From Fidelibacterota bacterium UBA2986 (GTDB lineage Bacteria; Fidelibacterota; Marinisomatia; Marinisomatales; AB-629-J13), in assembly GCA_002346675.1 (NCBI GenBank), contig DEAI01000006.1, positions 9,565 through 73,564 on the forward strand: a stretch of DNA of 64,000 bases, given 5' to 3'. The notes beneath the pieces are model-generated. The model saw only the letters and a program-made list of their open reading frames with translations. It was not told where the DNA came from and did not search any database. Every line of letters starts with the position of its first letter. The stretch's first letter is position 1. Of the stretch, positions 37,130 to 46,837 are shown piece by piece. Position numbers and translations under genes: made by a program.

Positions 37130-40120
37130 ATGATGAGTTTAATTAATAGTAATAATCGTGAGAGATTAGATTTCCAGGACCTAATGTTGTTCCGGGTGCA
37201 TGAAATTCTTCTCGTTTCAAGTCAATATGATGCCTATATATTAGAAGAAGATGGGCGTCTAACGGAACAAATTCTTCATGAATATCTGGGTATGAATTTT
37301 AGTTATGCTCCTCGATTATGGCATGCCCAAACTGCAGAGTCAGCACTAAAAATGTTATCCGAACGAAAGTTTGATATTGTAATTATTATGCTCCGGATTG
37401 CAGATATGAATGCCGTATCCCTAGCAAAAAGAATTAAAAAAAATCATCCAAAAAAGTTTCTTATCTTATTGGCTTTCGATGAATCTGAGCTATCGTTTTT
37501 TATAGAAGATGAGATTAATCAGTATTTTGATAGAATATTTATTTGGTCAGGTAATTCTAATGTATTCCCTGCAATAATTAAACAATTGGAAGACAGAAAA
37601 AATGCGCCTCGGGATATTTTAAAGGGCGAGGTAAGAGCAATAATTTTTATAGAAGATTCTCCTCAATTTTATTCGGTCATTCTTCCAATGATTTATCGCG
37701 AGATAATGTATCATACTCAGCAGCTAGTGGGAAAAAGTCTAAATCACACTCAGAGACTGATTCACCTTCGTTCAAGAACAAAAATATTATTTGCCACCAA
37801 TTTTGAGGAAGCCAAGAAATATTTTGATAAATATCATGATAATATTCTTGGAATTGTTTCGGATATAAAATTTCCAAGAAATAACAAGTTAGACCCCAAT
37901 GCAGGAATATATTTGACCGAATACGTTCGAAAAAAAGAGCCACATATGCCAATTATCCTGCAATCAACAAATATAGAAAAAAAGGAAAAAGCAGATAAAG
38001 TAAACTCTGCATTTCTATATAAACGTTCAGATACCTTACTCTACGATATCAGACGGTTTATCACAAACAATTTTGGGTTTGGAAATTTTATTTTCAGGAC
38101 TTTGGAAGGAGATTCAATTTCTGAGGCTGCTAATTTAAAAGAGCTGAAAAAACAAATCGCAAAAATACCGGAAAACATTATGGTGCACCACGCATCAAGT
38201 AATCATTTTTCAAATTGGATCGCAGCAAGAGGTGAGTTTGACCTTGCAAAAAAATTGAGACCAAAACAAGTAACTGATTTTAAAACTCCAGACGAGCTAA
38301 GAAAATATCTTATAGTCTCTATAGACACAAGCTTAGACGAAGAGAAAAAAATAAAGATCGCTGATCTCAGCCAAAAGGAAAAAGCAACGATTACCAATTT
38401 CACTCGGCTCTTTGGGGGCTCTCTCGGGGGCAAAGCACGTGGACTGGGATTCATGAATAAAATTATGAGAGATTCTAAATTGCGGGAAAAATTTTCAGAT
38501 GTTCTTATCCAGGTCCCTCGCATCGCGGTCGTTGGCACAGACGCGTTTGATCAGTTTATGGCTGAAAACAAACTGTATGACTCAGTTTATAAAACAAATT
38601 CCAATTCCCAATTGGAAATTGAGTTTTTAGATGCACAACTTCCGTCAGGGTTGGTCAAATCACTAAAAACATTTATCAAGCAAGTGAGGTACCCTCTGGC
38701 CGTAAGGTCATCCAGTTTATTGGAGGACTCTCAGTATCAACCATTGGCAGGGATGTATTCAACGCTTATGATTCAGAACTCAGATAGAAGCACAAAAATA
38801 CGAGTAAATCAGTTAAGCGAAGCTATCAAACGTATATATGCTTCCACTTTTTTCAAAGATCCCAGGTCAATTACATCAATATCTGGTTATCGCCACACAG
38901 AAGAAAAAATGGCTGTTCTTATTACCGAACTGATTGGACAGAATTATGGTGACAGGTTCTATCCTACTGTTAGCGGAAATGCACAGAACATTAACTATTA
39001 CCCTGTATCCTATGCCGAGAGAAATGATGGTGTAGCAACAATAGCTCTTGGATTTGGAAAAACTGTAGTAGAAGGAGAAAAATCCTTGAGATTTTCTCCT
39101 AAATATCCTGATATTTTACCTCAATTCTTTTCTGTTCGCTCTACCGAAGAAAATTCTCAATCAATGTTTTATGGTCTCGATATGAATCCCAATGTAGACC
39201 CCCTATCTGAGGGAGAAAAAAATAACTTAAAAAAATATAGCTTGGACACCGCGGAGCTTGACGGCTCACTACGTTGGGCTGGAAGTGTTATCTGTCCTGA
39301 AGACGGTATCATTCGTGATTCACTTAGATACAAGGGGAAGCGGATTGTTTCGTTTCCATCTCTTTTAAAGTGGAAAGTTTTTCCTTTTTCAGATATAATT
39401 GATGAGTTATTAAAGATTGGGAAAAAACATCTTGGATGCCCAGTAGAAATTGAATTTGCAGTAAATTTATTTGACAAAGGGAAAAAACCAGAATTTTATC
39501 TACTGCAAATCAAACCCATGATAATCAGCAATTTAGATATAAAGAATGACATTAATATTTCTTCAGATGATGAAATATTTATGAAAAGTACTGGCTCATT
39601 AGGGGATGGATATTTTAATGAAATTAGAGATATAATTTTAGTTGATCCTGAACTATATCAGTCCAGCAAATCAAGAGATATAGCAAGAGAAATTGGATAT
39701 TTTAATAAAAAAGTTTCTCCGAGATCCTATGTTTTGGCTGGTCCAGGTAGGTGGGGCTCTGCTGACCCATGGCTGGGAATTCCGGTAAACTGGAAAGATA
39801 TTTCAAATGTAAAAATCATAATTGAAATAGGATTAAGTAGCTTTCCAGTTGATCACTCTTTTGGGAGTCATTTTTTCCAAAATGTAACAAGCCGGAGAAT
39901 TGGATATTTTACAATTTCCCATAGAGGAAATAGAGACCTAATTGATCTTGATTGGATAAGGGAATTACCTCTAAAAGAGAAGAAGAAATTTTCCTCTTGG
40001 TATCAGCTAGATGAACCTCTGAGGATATCTATCAATGGTCAGAAAGGTCTCGGAGTGGGCTTAAAACCCCAGCTAGAAGAATCACCGGTCATGGACGAAC
40101 AGAATTCTTCCGGAATTTAA
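37130..40120 (+). CDS. 996-aa protein: two N-terminal receiver-like domains (first degenerate) fused to a PEP-utilising-enzyme ATP-grasp (PPDK_N-type) domain. No phospho-His swivel motif seen.
   Basis: Receiver 1 has 'FDIVIIMLRIADMN', with Met where the phospho-Asp is expected. Receiver 2 has 'IIFIEDSP...ILGIVSDIKFP...ILQST'. 'FGGSLGGKARGLGFM' resembles the GGKAxxL nucleotide-binding motif of PEP synthase / PPDK N-terminal domains. I could not find a GGxTSHAA-like motif. Confidence 0.7.
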   Translation: MMSLINSNNRERLDFQDLMLFRVHEILLVSSQYDAYILEEDGRLTEQILHEYLGMNFSYAPRLWHAQTAESALKMLSERKFDIVIIMLRIADMNAVSLAKRIKKNHPKKFLILLAFDESELSFFIEDEINQYFDRIFIWSGNSNVFPAIIKQLEDRKNAPRDILKGEVRAIIFIEDSPQFYSVILPMIYREIMYHTQQLVGKSLNHTQRLIHLRSRTKILFATNFEEAKKYFDKYHDNILGIVSDIKFPRNNKLDPNAGIYLTEYVRKKEPHMPIILQSTNIEKKEKADKVNSAFLYKRSDTLLYDIRRFITNNFGFGNFIFRTLEGDSISEAANLKELKKQIAKIPENIMVHHASSNHFSNWIAARGEFDLAKKLRPKQVTDFKTPDELRKYLIVSIDTSLDEEKKIKIADLSQKEKATITNFTRLFGGSLGGKARGLGFMNKIMRDSKLREKFSDVLIQVPRIAVVGTDAFDQFMAENKLYDSVYKTNSNSQLEIEFLDAQLPSGLVKSLKTFIKQVRYPLAVRSSSLLEDSQYQPLAGMYSTLMIQNSDRSTKIRVNQLSEAIKRIYASTFFKDPRSITSISGYRHTEEKMAVLITELIGQNYGDRFYPTVSGNAQNINYYPVSYAERNDGVATIALGFGKTVVEGEKSLRFSPKYPDILPQFFSVRSTEENSQSMFYGLDMNPNVDPLSEGEKNNLKKYSLDTAELDGSLRWAGSVICPEDGIIRDSLRYKGKRIVSFPSLLKWKVFPFSDIIDELLKIGKKHLGCPVEIEFAVNLFDKGKKPEFYLLQIKPMIISNLDIKNDINISSDDEIFMKSTGSLGDGYFNEIRDIILVDPELYQSSKSRDIAREIGYFNKKVSPRSYVLAGPGRWGSADPWLGIPVNWKDISNVKIIIEIGLSSFPVDHSFGSHFFQNVTSRRIGYFTISHRGNRDLIDLDWIRELPLKEKKKFSSWYQLDEPLRISINGQKGLGVGLKPQLEESPVMDEQNSSGI

Positions 40121-40128
40121 AGACAACT

Positions 40129-41490
<1,362 letters not shown>

Positions 41491-41658
41491 TTAGAAACCG
41501 AATTTCTGTGAAAATATAGATTGAATCCAAGAATTGACTATATTTTTTTTGTTTTCTTAAAACGATATCAGCTAATTTTCGTACCCTCTTTTGAAAGCTT
41601 TTATTATAAGACCATCTGTTTGAATGATATGAAAAGCTTTGAAGGGGTAATATATTTT

Positions 41659-41732
41659 GGCGGCGTAGCTCAGTTGGTTAGAGCATCGGAATCATAATCC
41701 GAGTGTCCGGGGTTCGAGTCCCTGCGCCGCTA
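41659..41732 (+). tRNA. tRNA with CAT anticodon (elongator Met, or lysidine-type Ile2). CCA not encoded.
   Basis: GGCGGCG-UA-GCUC-AGUUGGUUA-GAGC-A-UCGGA-AUCAUAA-UCCGA-GUGUC-CGGGG-UUCGAGU-CCCUG-CGCCGCU-A. Lacks the initiator features (no C1xA72, no GGG/CCC anticodon stem). The 1:72 pair is G-U. Confidence 0.9.
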
Positions 41733-41758
41733 CTATTTCTGTGTTATATTTTATTTTG

Positions 41759-41832
41759 TACGCCTGGGAGGATTCGAACCCCCAACCTTCTGGTCCGTAG
41801 CCAGACACTCTATCCAGTTGAGCTACAGGCGC
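41759..41832 (-). tRNA. tRNA-Arg (anticodon ACG), CCA not encoded
   Basis: Minus strand is GCGCCUG-UA-GCUCAACUGGAUAGAGU-G-UCUGG-CUACGGA-CCAGA-AGGUU-GGGGG-UUCGAAU-CCUCC-CAGGCGU-A. Close to the E. coli Arg-ACG layout. The 1:72 pair is G-U. Confidence 0.92.
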
Positions 41833-41865
41833 ATAAGTGCTTGGAATTTATTTAATTTTTAAAAA

Positions 41866-41889
41866 TAAAAAAACCCTGCAATAGCAGGG
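41866..41889 (-). terminator. Rho-independent terminator of the small secreted-protein gene
   Basis: Minus strand is CCCUGC-UAUU-GCAGGG followed by an 8-U run, ~30 nt after the stop at 41920. Confidence 0.75.
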
Positions 41890-41919
41890 ATTCAATTAAA
41901 CCTTTGTTTTAAAGAGAAA

Positions 41920-42171
41920 TCAGTTTTGTAGTTTCTTATTTTTTTCGGCCATTTTTTTATATTCAATATTCCACTTTTTATATAGTTTTATTACTGCGTC
42001 ATGCAACTGGCCGTGTGGGGCACCTTTTTTATGGTAATCTCCCACAACTCGGCTGATTTCTTCCATTTGTTCCTTTGACAAGTGAGATGGATTTTGAGGT
42101 TGTGGGATGTGAGCCAATCCAACTCCGAGGCCAAAGACCATTACTAATAATATGTGTGATATATTTTTCAT
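41920..42171 (-). CDS. Small secreted hypothetical protein (83 aa)
   Basis: Signal peptide MKNISHILLVMVFGLGVGLA, followed by a helical Lys-rich mature part and its own terminator. No family recognised. Confidence 0.55.
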   Translation of the reverse strand: MKNISHILLVMVFGLGVGLAHIPQPQNPSHLSKEQMEEISRVVGDYHKKGAPHGQLHDAVIKLYKKWNIEYKKMAEKNKKLQN

Positions 42172-42257
42172 GCTCTGTTAAAACTTACGGGATTGATAAA
42201 AAACATCCAACACTTTTTTAATTAAAAACATGTGACACAGGCCACATAAAAAACCAT

Positions 42258-42413
42258 TTATTTCTTTTTTTTGAATTTTGATAGCCAGAAACCACAGATC
42301 ATAAGAAATATTATTAACACAAAATTTATATTGTTATCGTTAAAAAATAAATTAACTCCCAACATTAAAAAACTATAAACAACCAACAATATTCCAATAT
42401 TTTTGTAAGACAA
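42258..42413 (-). CDS. Possible unannotated 51-codon two-TM membrane peptide
   Basis: TTG 42413 ...SYKNIGILLVVYSFLMLGVNLFFNDNNINFVLIIFLMICGFWLSKFKKKK* (stop 42258-42260). Below the track's length cut-off. Two hydrophobic helices plus a basic tail, but no clear SD, and the context is AT-rich. Confidence 0.25.
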   Translation of the reverse strand: MSYKNIGILLVVYSFLMLGVNLFFNDNNINFVLIIFLMICGFWLSKFKKKK

Positions 42414-42430
42414 AATAATTTTAATTAAAT

Positions 42431-43195
42431 CTAGTTTAAGGGTTCAGTTATGCTATTCTTTTTCCTATTCTGGCGAAAGAGTTTTTTCTGATATCTAGTT
42501 TGTACAAAATCTATCAAAATTAGAATTCCAATAATAAAATAAAAGGTTGCCTTACTCATTGGTGTAATCTCATATCCAAACAAATGAAGATGGGCCATGT
42601 GTCCCCCATCAGATAATAGCATGATTCCAACCACAAACAGAATAAATAGACCCAGCACTTCATACATTCGATTTTGTTCTAAAAATTGAGAGACTCTGTC
42701 CGAAAGCCAAATCATCAGCAGACCACCAATGACGATTGCAGTTGCCATTACCCAAAATACATCGGTCAATGCCATAGCACTTAAGATAGAATCAAAAGAG
42801 AATACAACATTCATAGATACAATTAAAAATATGACCATACTCACAGATTTTGAATGTTCTTCAGTGTTTTCATAGCTGCTTAATACCATCATGTGGAGAA
42901 TCTCTTTGGTAGCAGTATAGATAATAAAGACGCCTCCAAAAATTAGAATAACACTGTGGAGATTAAAGTCACCTTCTATGATATTGTTAAGGTCAAATAT
43001 AACTATGGAATGATGAAATGTATGAATGAGCTTTATAACTGCATACAAAAGTATAATCCTCAAACCAATGGCTATCCCGATTCCCAACCGCCGTACCTTT
43101 GCTCTTTGGTCTTCTGGAGCTCTTTTAGATTCCAGAGAAATATACAGGAGATTATCAAATCCTAGAACTGCCTGCAAGAGGGTTAGCATTCCCAA
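42431..43195 (-). CDS. TerC-family integral membrane protein
   Basis: LQAVLGFDNLLYISLE and VVFSFDSILSAMALT are the duplicated TerC (DN / DS) motifs. ~7 TM segments. TTG start at 43195, with an ATG two codons later, so the start is uncertain. Confidence 0.8.
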   Translation of the reverse strand: MGMLTLLQAVLGFDNLLYISLESKRAPEDQRAKVRRLGIGIAIGLRIILLYAVIKLIHTFHHSIVIFDLNNIIEGDFNLHSVILIFGGVFIIYTATKEILHMMVLSSYENTEEHSKSVSMVIFLIVSMNVVFSFDSILSAMALTDVFWVMATAIVIGGLLMIWLSDRVSQFLEQNRMYEVLGLFILFVVGIMLLSDGGHMAHLHLFGYEITPMSKATFYFIIGILILIDFVQTRYQKKLFRQNRKKNSITEPLN

Positions 43196-43276
43196 AGTTA
43201 AAATATTTTCTATATTAATTTTCCTCTCCTAAAATAAAACTAATTATTTTTAAATATATAAAAGCGAGTAATTTCA

Positions 43277-44107
43277 TTACTCAAAATTTTCTAACCATTC
43301 CATTAAACCATTTTCCAATTCATAAATAGACGGCGCAACAAACAAACTGGGTTGATAATCGGTTGGTTCAAAGGGTGTTCTGCTTAATTTATCCAAATCA
43401 AAAGGTAATAATTCTGCTTTATTTTTATAGCTGGGCATTTCGCCTATGGATGATAACAATCCTGCGCCATATGCTTTAATATTACCATTTTCACTTACCA
43501 ATCCAAATTCAAGGGTGTACCAGTAGGCCTGAATCAATCTCTGAAAACTCTCAGGTTTTGCTCTTCTAGCTGCTAATCCAAAATGATAATTAAGGTTTGA
43601 AAAAAACGGATGTGCAAGTGTGATAGCATGACCCACTAGTTCATGGATGATATCGGGCTCCGGAGTATACAATGGACTGCTATAATGACGAATATATTGA
43701 GTAGAACAAAACTTTCTGTCTGCTAAATTCAATAAAAAATGTTCAGGAGAGATTAATCCGCCAACAGGTATCATACTGAATCCAGTTAATTGTTTTAACT
43801 GAACATTTATCTTAAATAGTTGGGGAATTTTTTGGTCATTTAAATTGATCAAACTTTTTGCATCTAAAAAGTACTGGCAAGCATGTTCATTGTGTAATTG
43901 AAACAGCAGTATCAGCACCTGAGACCACATCTCATGTTCATCCCGGGTATATTCAACTGAAGGTATTTCACCACCTTTTTTATATCCATAAGCAATTTTT
44001 GCAATTAAGTTCCTTCGTTGGCGATACGCTTTATCACGAAAACCGGGATGATCCTTGTCTAACTCAACTAAGGGAGGGTGATCTTGTTCTTTCTGATACA
44101 CTGGCAA
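43277..44107 (-). CDS. phhA: Phenylalanine-4-hydroxylase (biopterin-dependent aromatic amino-acid hydroxylase, bacterial short form)
   Basis: HPGF.D..YR.RR, PEPDIIHELVGH (iron-binding His pair) and YWYTLEFGL. 276 aa, TTG start. Confidence 0.88.
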   Translation of the reverse strand: MPVYQKEQDHPPLVELDKDHPGFRDKAYRQRRNLIAKIAYGYKKGGEIPSVEYTRDEHEMWSQVLILLFQLHNEHACQYFLDAKSLINLNDQKIPQLFKINVQLKQLTGFSMIPVGGLISPEHFLLNLADRKFCSTQYIRHYSSPLYTPEPDIIHELVGHAITLAHPFFSNLNYHFGLAARRAKPESFQRLIQAYWYTLEFGLVSENGNIKAYGAGLLSSIGEMPSYKNKAELLPFDLDKLSRTPFEPTDYQPSLFVAPSIYELENGLMEWLENFE

Positions 44108-44363
44108 TTCATTTAGTAAGGAAATATAAAAAGAATTACCTCTTCATTATAAATTAAACTTTTAAGTTGGTTATAGAATATAAAAAAAGTAGGTTCTCTT
44201 TTCCATTCACAAAGTGTTATAGGAGGCCATCCATAATAAACGGGAAGAAAAAGAGAGACCTACTTTTAATGTTAACCACCCAATCAATATTCTACTCCTA
44301 AATCAATTCAAAGCGGTGATATAATGAAAGTATACACTAACATTCAGCGCAATGATAGTTATT

Positions 44364-44948
44364 CTATCTAAGTGATTTCAAAAAATTATCGATACCAATT
44401 TCTATAATACTGTCAAAATCATATTCATCAATCTCTCTCAACAAAAAAACATTCTGTATAATATTAAAAAATCCAATACTGTTGATCAATAGCTTTACAG
44501 AGATATCAACATCAATATTTTTTCTATATCCCCAATGATCTATACCATATCAAACCATAGTCTCAATTGGCCCAACTATATCTTTTTCATAAATTTTAGC
44601 GTACTTAAAAAATGTTTTTTTCTTATACATCCCTATATGTAAAAATATTTTAAACATTTTTCGTTGAAACGGGTCAGATCTAACAGCTCTGTGAAAATAT
44701 CTAATCAGCTCACAACGGAAATCATCTTCGCTCTTAATGTCCTGTATTCTAAAGCCGATAATCATTTTAAAAAATTGATCGGCTAAAATACTTATGATTG
44801 ATTCTTTACTAGAAAAATGTCGAAAAAGAGTCACCTCAGCTAATCCAGATTTTTTTGCAATTTGTTTAGTAGTAACCTGATAGAATGGTTTCTCATCAAT
44901 AAGAGTTAGCGTACTATCAATTAGCTTGTCCTTTGTCTTTTTAGACAT
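44364..44948 (-). pseudogene. TetR/AcrR-family regulator interrupted by one in-frame TGA (44550-44552)
   Basis: N-terminal part is MSKKTKDKLIDSTLTLIDEKPFYQVTTKQIAKKSGLAEVTLFRHFSSKESII (HTH) ...GPIETMV, then TGA. The same frame continues YGIDHWGYRKNIDVDISVKLLINSIGFFNIIQNVFLLREIDEYDFDSIIEIGIDNFLKSLR* (stop 44364-44366). The sum is ~194 aa, the normal TetR length. The start at ATG 44948 is supported by the terminator at 44994-45021. Confidence 0.75.
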
Positions 44949-44993
44949 ACAATAATTTACCTCTTCCCTAAGATTATACAAAGAGCTGGCTAT

Positions 44994-45021
44994 AAAAAAC
45001 CCCACGAATGTGGGGTTTTTT
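44994..45021 (-). terminator. Bidirectional rho-independent terminator after the small OMP gene
   Basis: AAAAAA-CCCCAC-GAAU-GUGGGG-UUUUUU, with A/U runs on both sides. Lies between the OMP stop (45045) and the TetR start (44948). Confidence 0.85.
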
Positions 45022-45044
45022 ATAGCATAAAATGTAACTGTTTA

Positions 45045-45545
45045 TTAAAAAGAATACCCCAAGCCAAGGCCAATTGAAGTAACCATTTCATCTCCAAAAA
45101 ATGGACACAATGACGCCTTAAAGAATAGACCACCTTCTGGCTTTTGGTATCGGTAGCCAAGATTACCAGTTGGGATAGCTCCATCAGCGCCAATAGAAAA
45201 ATCAATTTCTTCTATATTGCCTGAGTAATCTATAGACACCAGTACAACACCGCCTCCAATTTCAAGCTTATGATTTCCATCACCCATTAAGTAATTTCCA
45301 AGCACTGGAATCATTGTAATTTTTACATCCTCTGTTAATATTAAAGAGGTTTCAAAATCAACAGTAGTACTGCTAACAGTGAGTCCTCCATATCCAGCTC
45401 GAACTGAAATATTATCAGTAACCATCCTATCATAATTGACAGAATATACTAATCCATTTCCAAATAATTCAAAGTAAACTGTATTTGCTTGAGCATGTAT
45501 AGAGGTTGCCCCAATAAAGGCAAATACCATTAGTAGTTTTTTCAT
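45045..45545 (-). CDS. Small outer-membrane beta-barrel protein (8-strand OmpW/OmpA-beta-like)
   Basis: Signal peptide MKKLLMVFAFIGATSIHAQA, alternating hydrophobic strands, and a C-terminal ...GLGLGYSF aromatic terminus typical of BAM substrates. Confidence 0.7.
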   Translation of the reverse strand: MKKLLMVFAFIGATSIHAQANTVYFELFGNGLVYSVNYDRMVTDNISVRAGYGGLTVSSTTVDFETSLILTEDVKITMIPVLGNYLMGDGNHKLEIGGGVVLVSIDYSGNIEEIDFSIGADGAIPTGNLGYRYQKPEGGLFFKASLCPFFGDEMVTSIGLGLGYSF

Positions 45546-45730
45546 ATTTTCTCCTATGTTTGTTTTTGGTATGTGGAATTCAGTTCAGTGTAAGAAGAAC
45601 ATAAAAACGACTCGTATTACGATCTACATTAAGTAAACCAATTCTTCTAAAGTTATACTTTAAGAGTAAGTATTCCAAGTAAAATATATTTTGGGAATAA
45701 TTTTCTATATTTTATAATTCTTATAATGTT

Positions 45731-46483
45731 CTATCCCTTTACACAACGAATAGAAAATCCGTTTCTCTTATTGTCTTCAAAACCCCTGCCGATACCTGAG
45801 TTACTATAAACAAGTAGCCTGTACCACGCATTGTCATTATTGTACTCGGTAGAGGACCAAAAGAATCCCGAGACGCCGACATGGTCAAAGTTACCATTGT
45901 TGTAGTAGCGGTAACCACTAGGAAGGAAATCAAAACCACTTTTCTGATCATATCCTAGATTATTTATTAAATCACCATCAGGCCATAAATCCGTTTCACC
46001 TACAATCTTACTCCCTTCATTTGTACCTCTCCAACCTGTGCTACTTACTTCCTCCTCATTCATCCCAAGATACATCTCTAATTCTTTAACCTCATCATCC
46101 GTAGGTACATTCCAGCCCTCTGGACATATCCCTCTATCATCATCAACCGCATACCAATTATACAAATAACCATAAGTATCAGCACTACCCTCATCATCAT
46201 CATAAACTGCATAGGCACCTGTTTCTGTTTCATTTAACTCACTCCATTCAAAACTACTGTATCCTGTAGGTATCTCATCACCATTCCTGTAATGGGTCAC
46301 CTTTAGATTCTCTGCCATCCAAAGCTGGCTACCAATTTGAACATTTTGATAAATATTACCATCTAAATCAGTTATCGTACAATCTTCTGTCTGTGTTATA
46401 CCTCTATCTGTACAATCTTTATTCTTCTCGTTTTCACATGACAACACAAACAACACTAATGGTATGAATAGAAAGCGGTTCAT
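45731..46483 (-). CDS. Lipoprotein with a Fibrobacter-succinogenes-major-paralogous (FISUMP) domain
   Basis: MNRFLFIPLVLFVLSC (lipobox), then DLDGNIYQNVQIGSQLWMAENLKV, YGYLYNWYAV..RGICPEGWNVPTDDE, FLPSGYR, FWSST and GFSIRCVKG. The track ORF begins upstream at 46555, but that extension overlaps no signal sequence. Confidence 0.8.
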   Translation of the reverse strand: MNRFLFIPLVLFVLSCENEKNKDCTDRGITQTEDCTITDLDGNIYQNVQIGSQLWMAENLKVTHYRNGDEIPTGYSSFEWSELNETETGAYAVYDDDEGSADTYGYLYNWYAVDDDRGICPEGWNVPTDDEVKELEMYLGMNEEEVSSTGWRGTNEGSKIVGETDLWPDGDLINNLGYDQKSGFDFLPSGYRYYNNGNFDHVGVSGFFWSSTEYNNDNAWYRLLVYSNSGIGRGFEDNKRNGFSIRCVKG

Positions 46484-46577
46484 TTGCTCTAATTTACCCC
46501 ATCCACACTTTTTCACAAACAACACTAATGATATAAAATAAGAAAGCCCCATCATAAGACGAGGCTTTTAAAGGGAG

Positions 46578-46649
46578 TAGCCCGTACGAGAATCGAACTC
46601 GTGTTACCGCCTTGAGAGGGCGGCGTCCTAACCCCTAGACGAACGGGCC
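46578..46649 (-). tRNA. tRNA-Glu (anticodon CTC), CCA not encoded
   Basis: Minus strand is GGCCCGU-UC-GUCUAGGGGUUAGGAC-G-CCGCC-CUCUCAA-GGCGG-UAAC-ACGAG-UUCGAUU-CUCGU-ACGGGCU-A. Layout is like E. coli tRNA-Glu. The 1:72 pair is G-U. Confidence 0.92.
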
Positions 46650-46663
46650 TTTCCAATAATCTG

Positions 46664-46734
46664 CTGGGGAGGAAGGAGTTGAACCCTCACTTACGGAACC
46701 AGAATCCGCTGTCCTACCATTAGACGACTCCCCA
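46664..46734 (-). tRNA. tRNA-Gln (anticodon CTG), CCA not encoded
   Basis: Minus strand is UGGGGAG-UC-GUCUAAUGGUAGGAC-A-GCGGA-UUCUGGU-UCCGU-AAGU-GAGGG-UUCAACU-CCUUC-CUCCCCA-G. The U1-A72 pair and G73 are typical of bacterial tRNA-Gln. Confidence 0.92.
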
Positions 46735-46787
46735 AAAGTCTGTCGAAATTTAATGCAGTGAAATTGAATGATAAAACACAATTGATG

Positions 46788-46811
46788 AAAAAAGGGCTCC
46801 CGAAGGAGCCC
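46788..46811 (-). terminator. Rho-independent terminator of the Sec-candidate gene / redox cluster
   Basis: Minus strand is GGGCUCC-UUCG-GGAGCCC followed by UUUUUU, ~27 nt after the stop at 46838. Confidence 0.9.
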
Positions 46812-46837
46812 TTAGTAGATTAATGAAATAGTTCTTT

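Noticed and set aside
44550-44552. Second selenocysteine codon, in the TetR gene
   Set aside because: No GC hairpin lies downstream, only weak AT pairing. TetR proteins have no conserved redox Cys around this helix. A nonsense mutation or sequencing error is more parsimonious.
41659-46734. Genomic island or integrated element at the tRNA genes
   Set aside because: No integrase, transposase, direct repeat of a tRNA 3' end, or phage-like gene flanks either tRNA pair. The neighbouring genes are ordinary metabolic or membrane genes with backbone-like composition.
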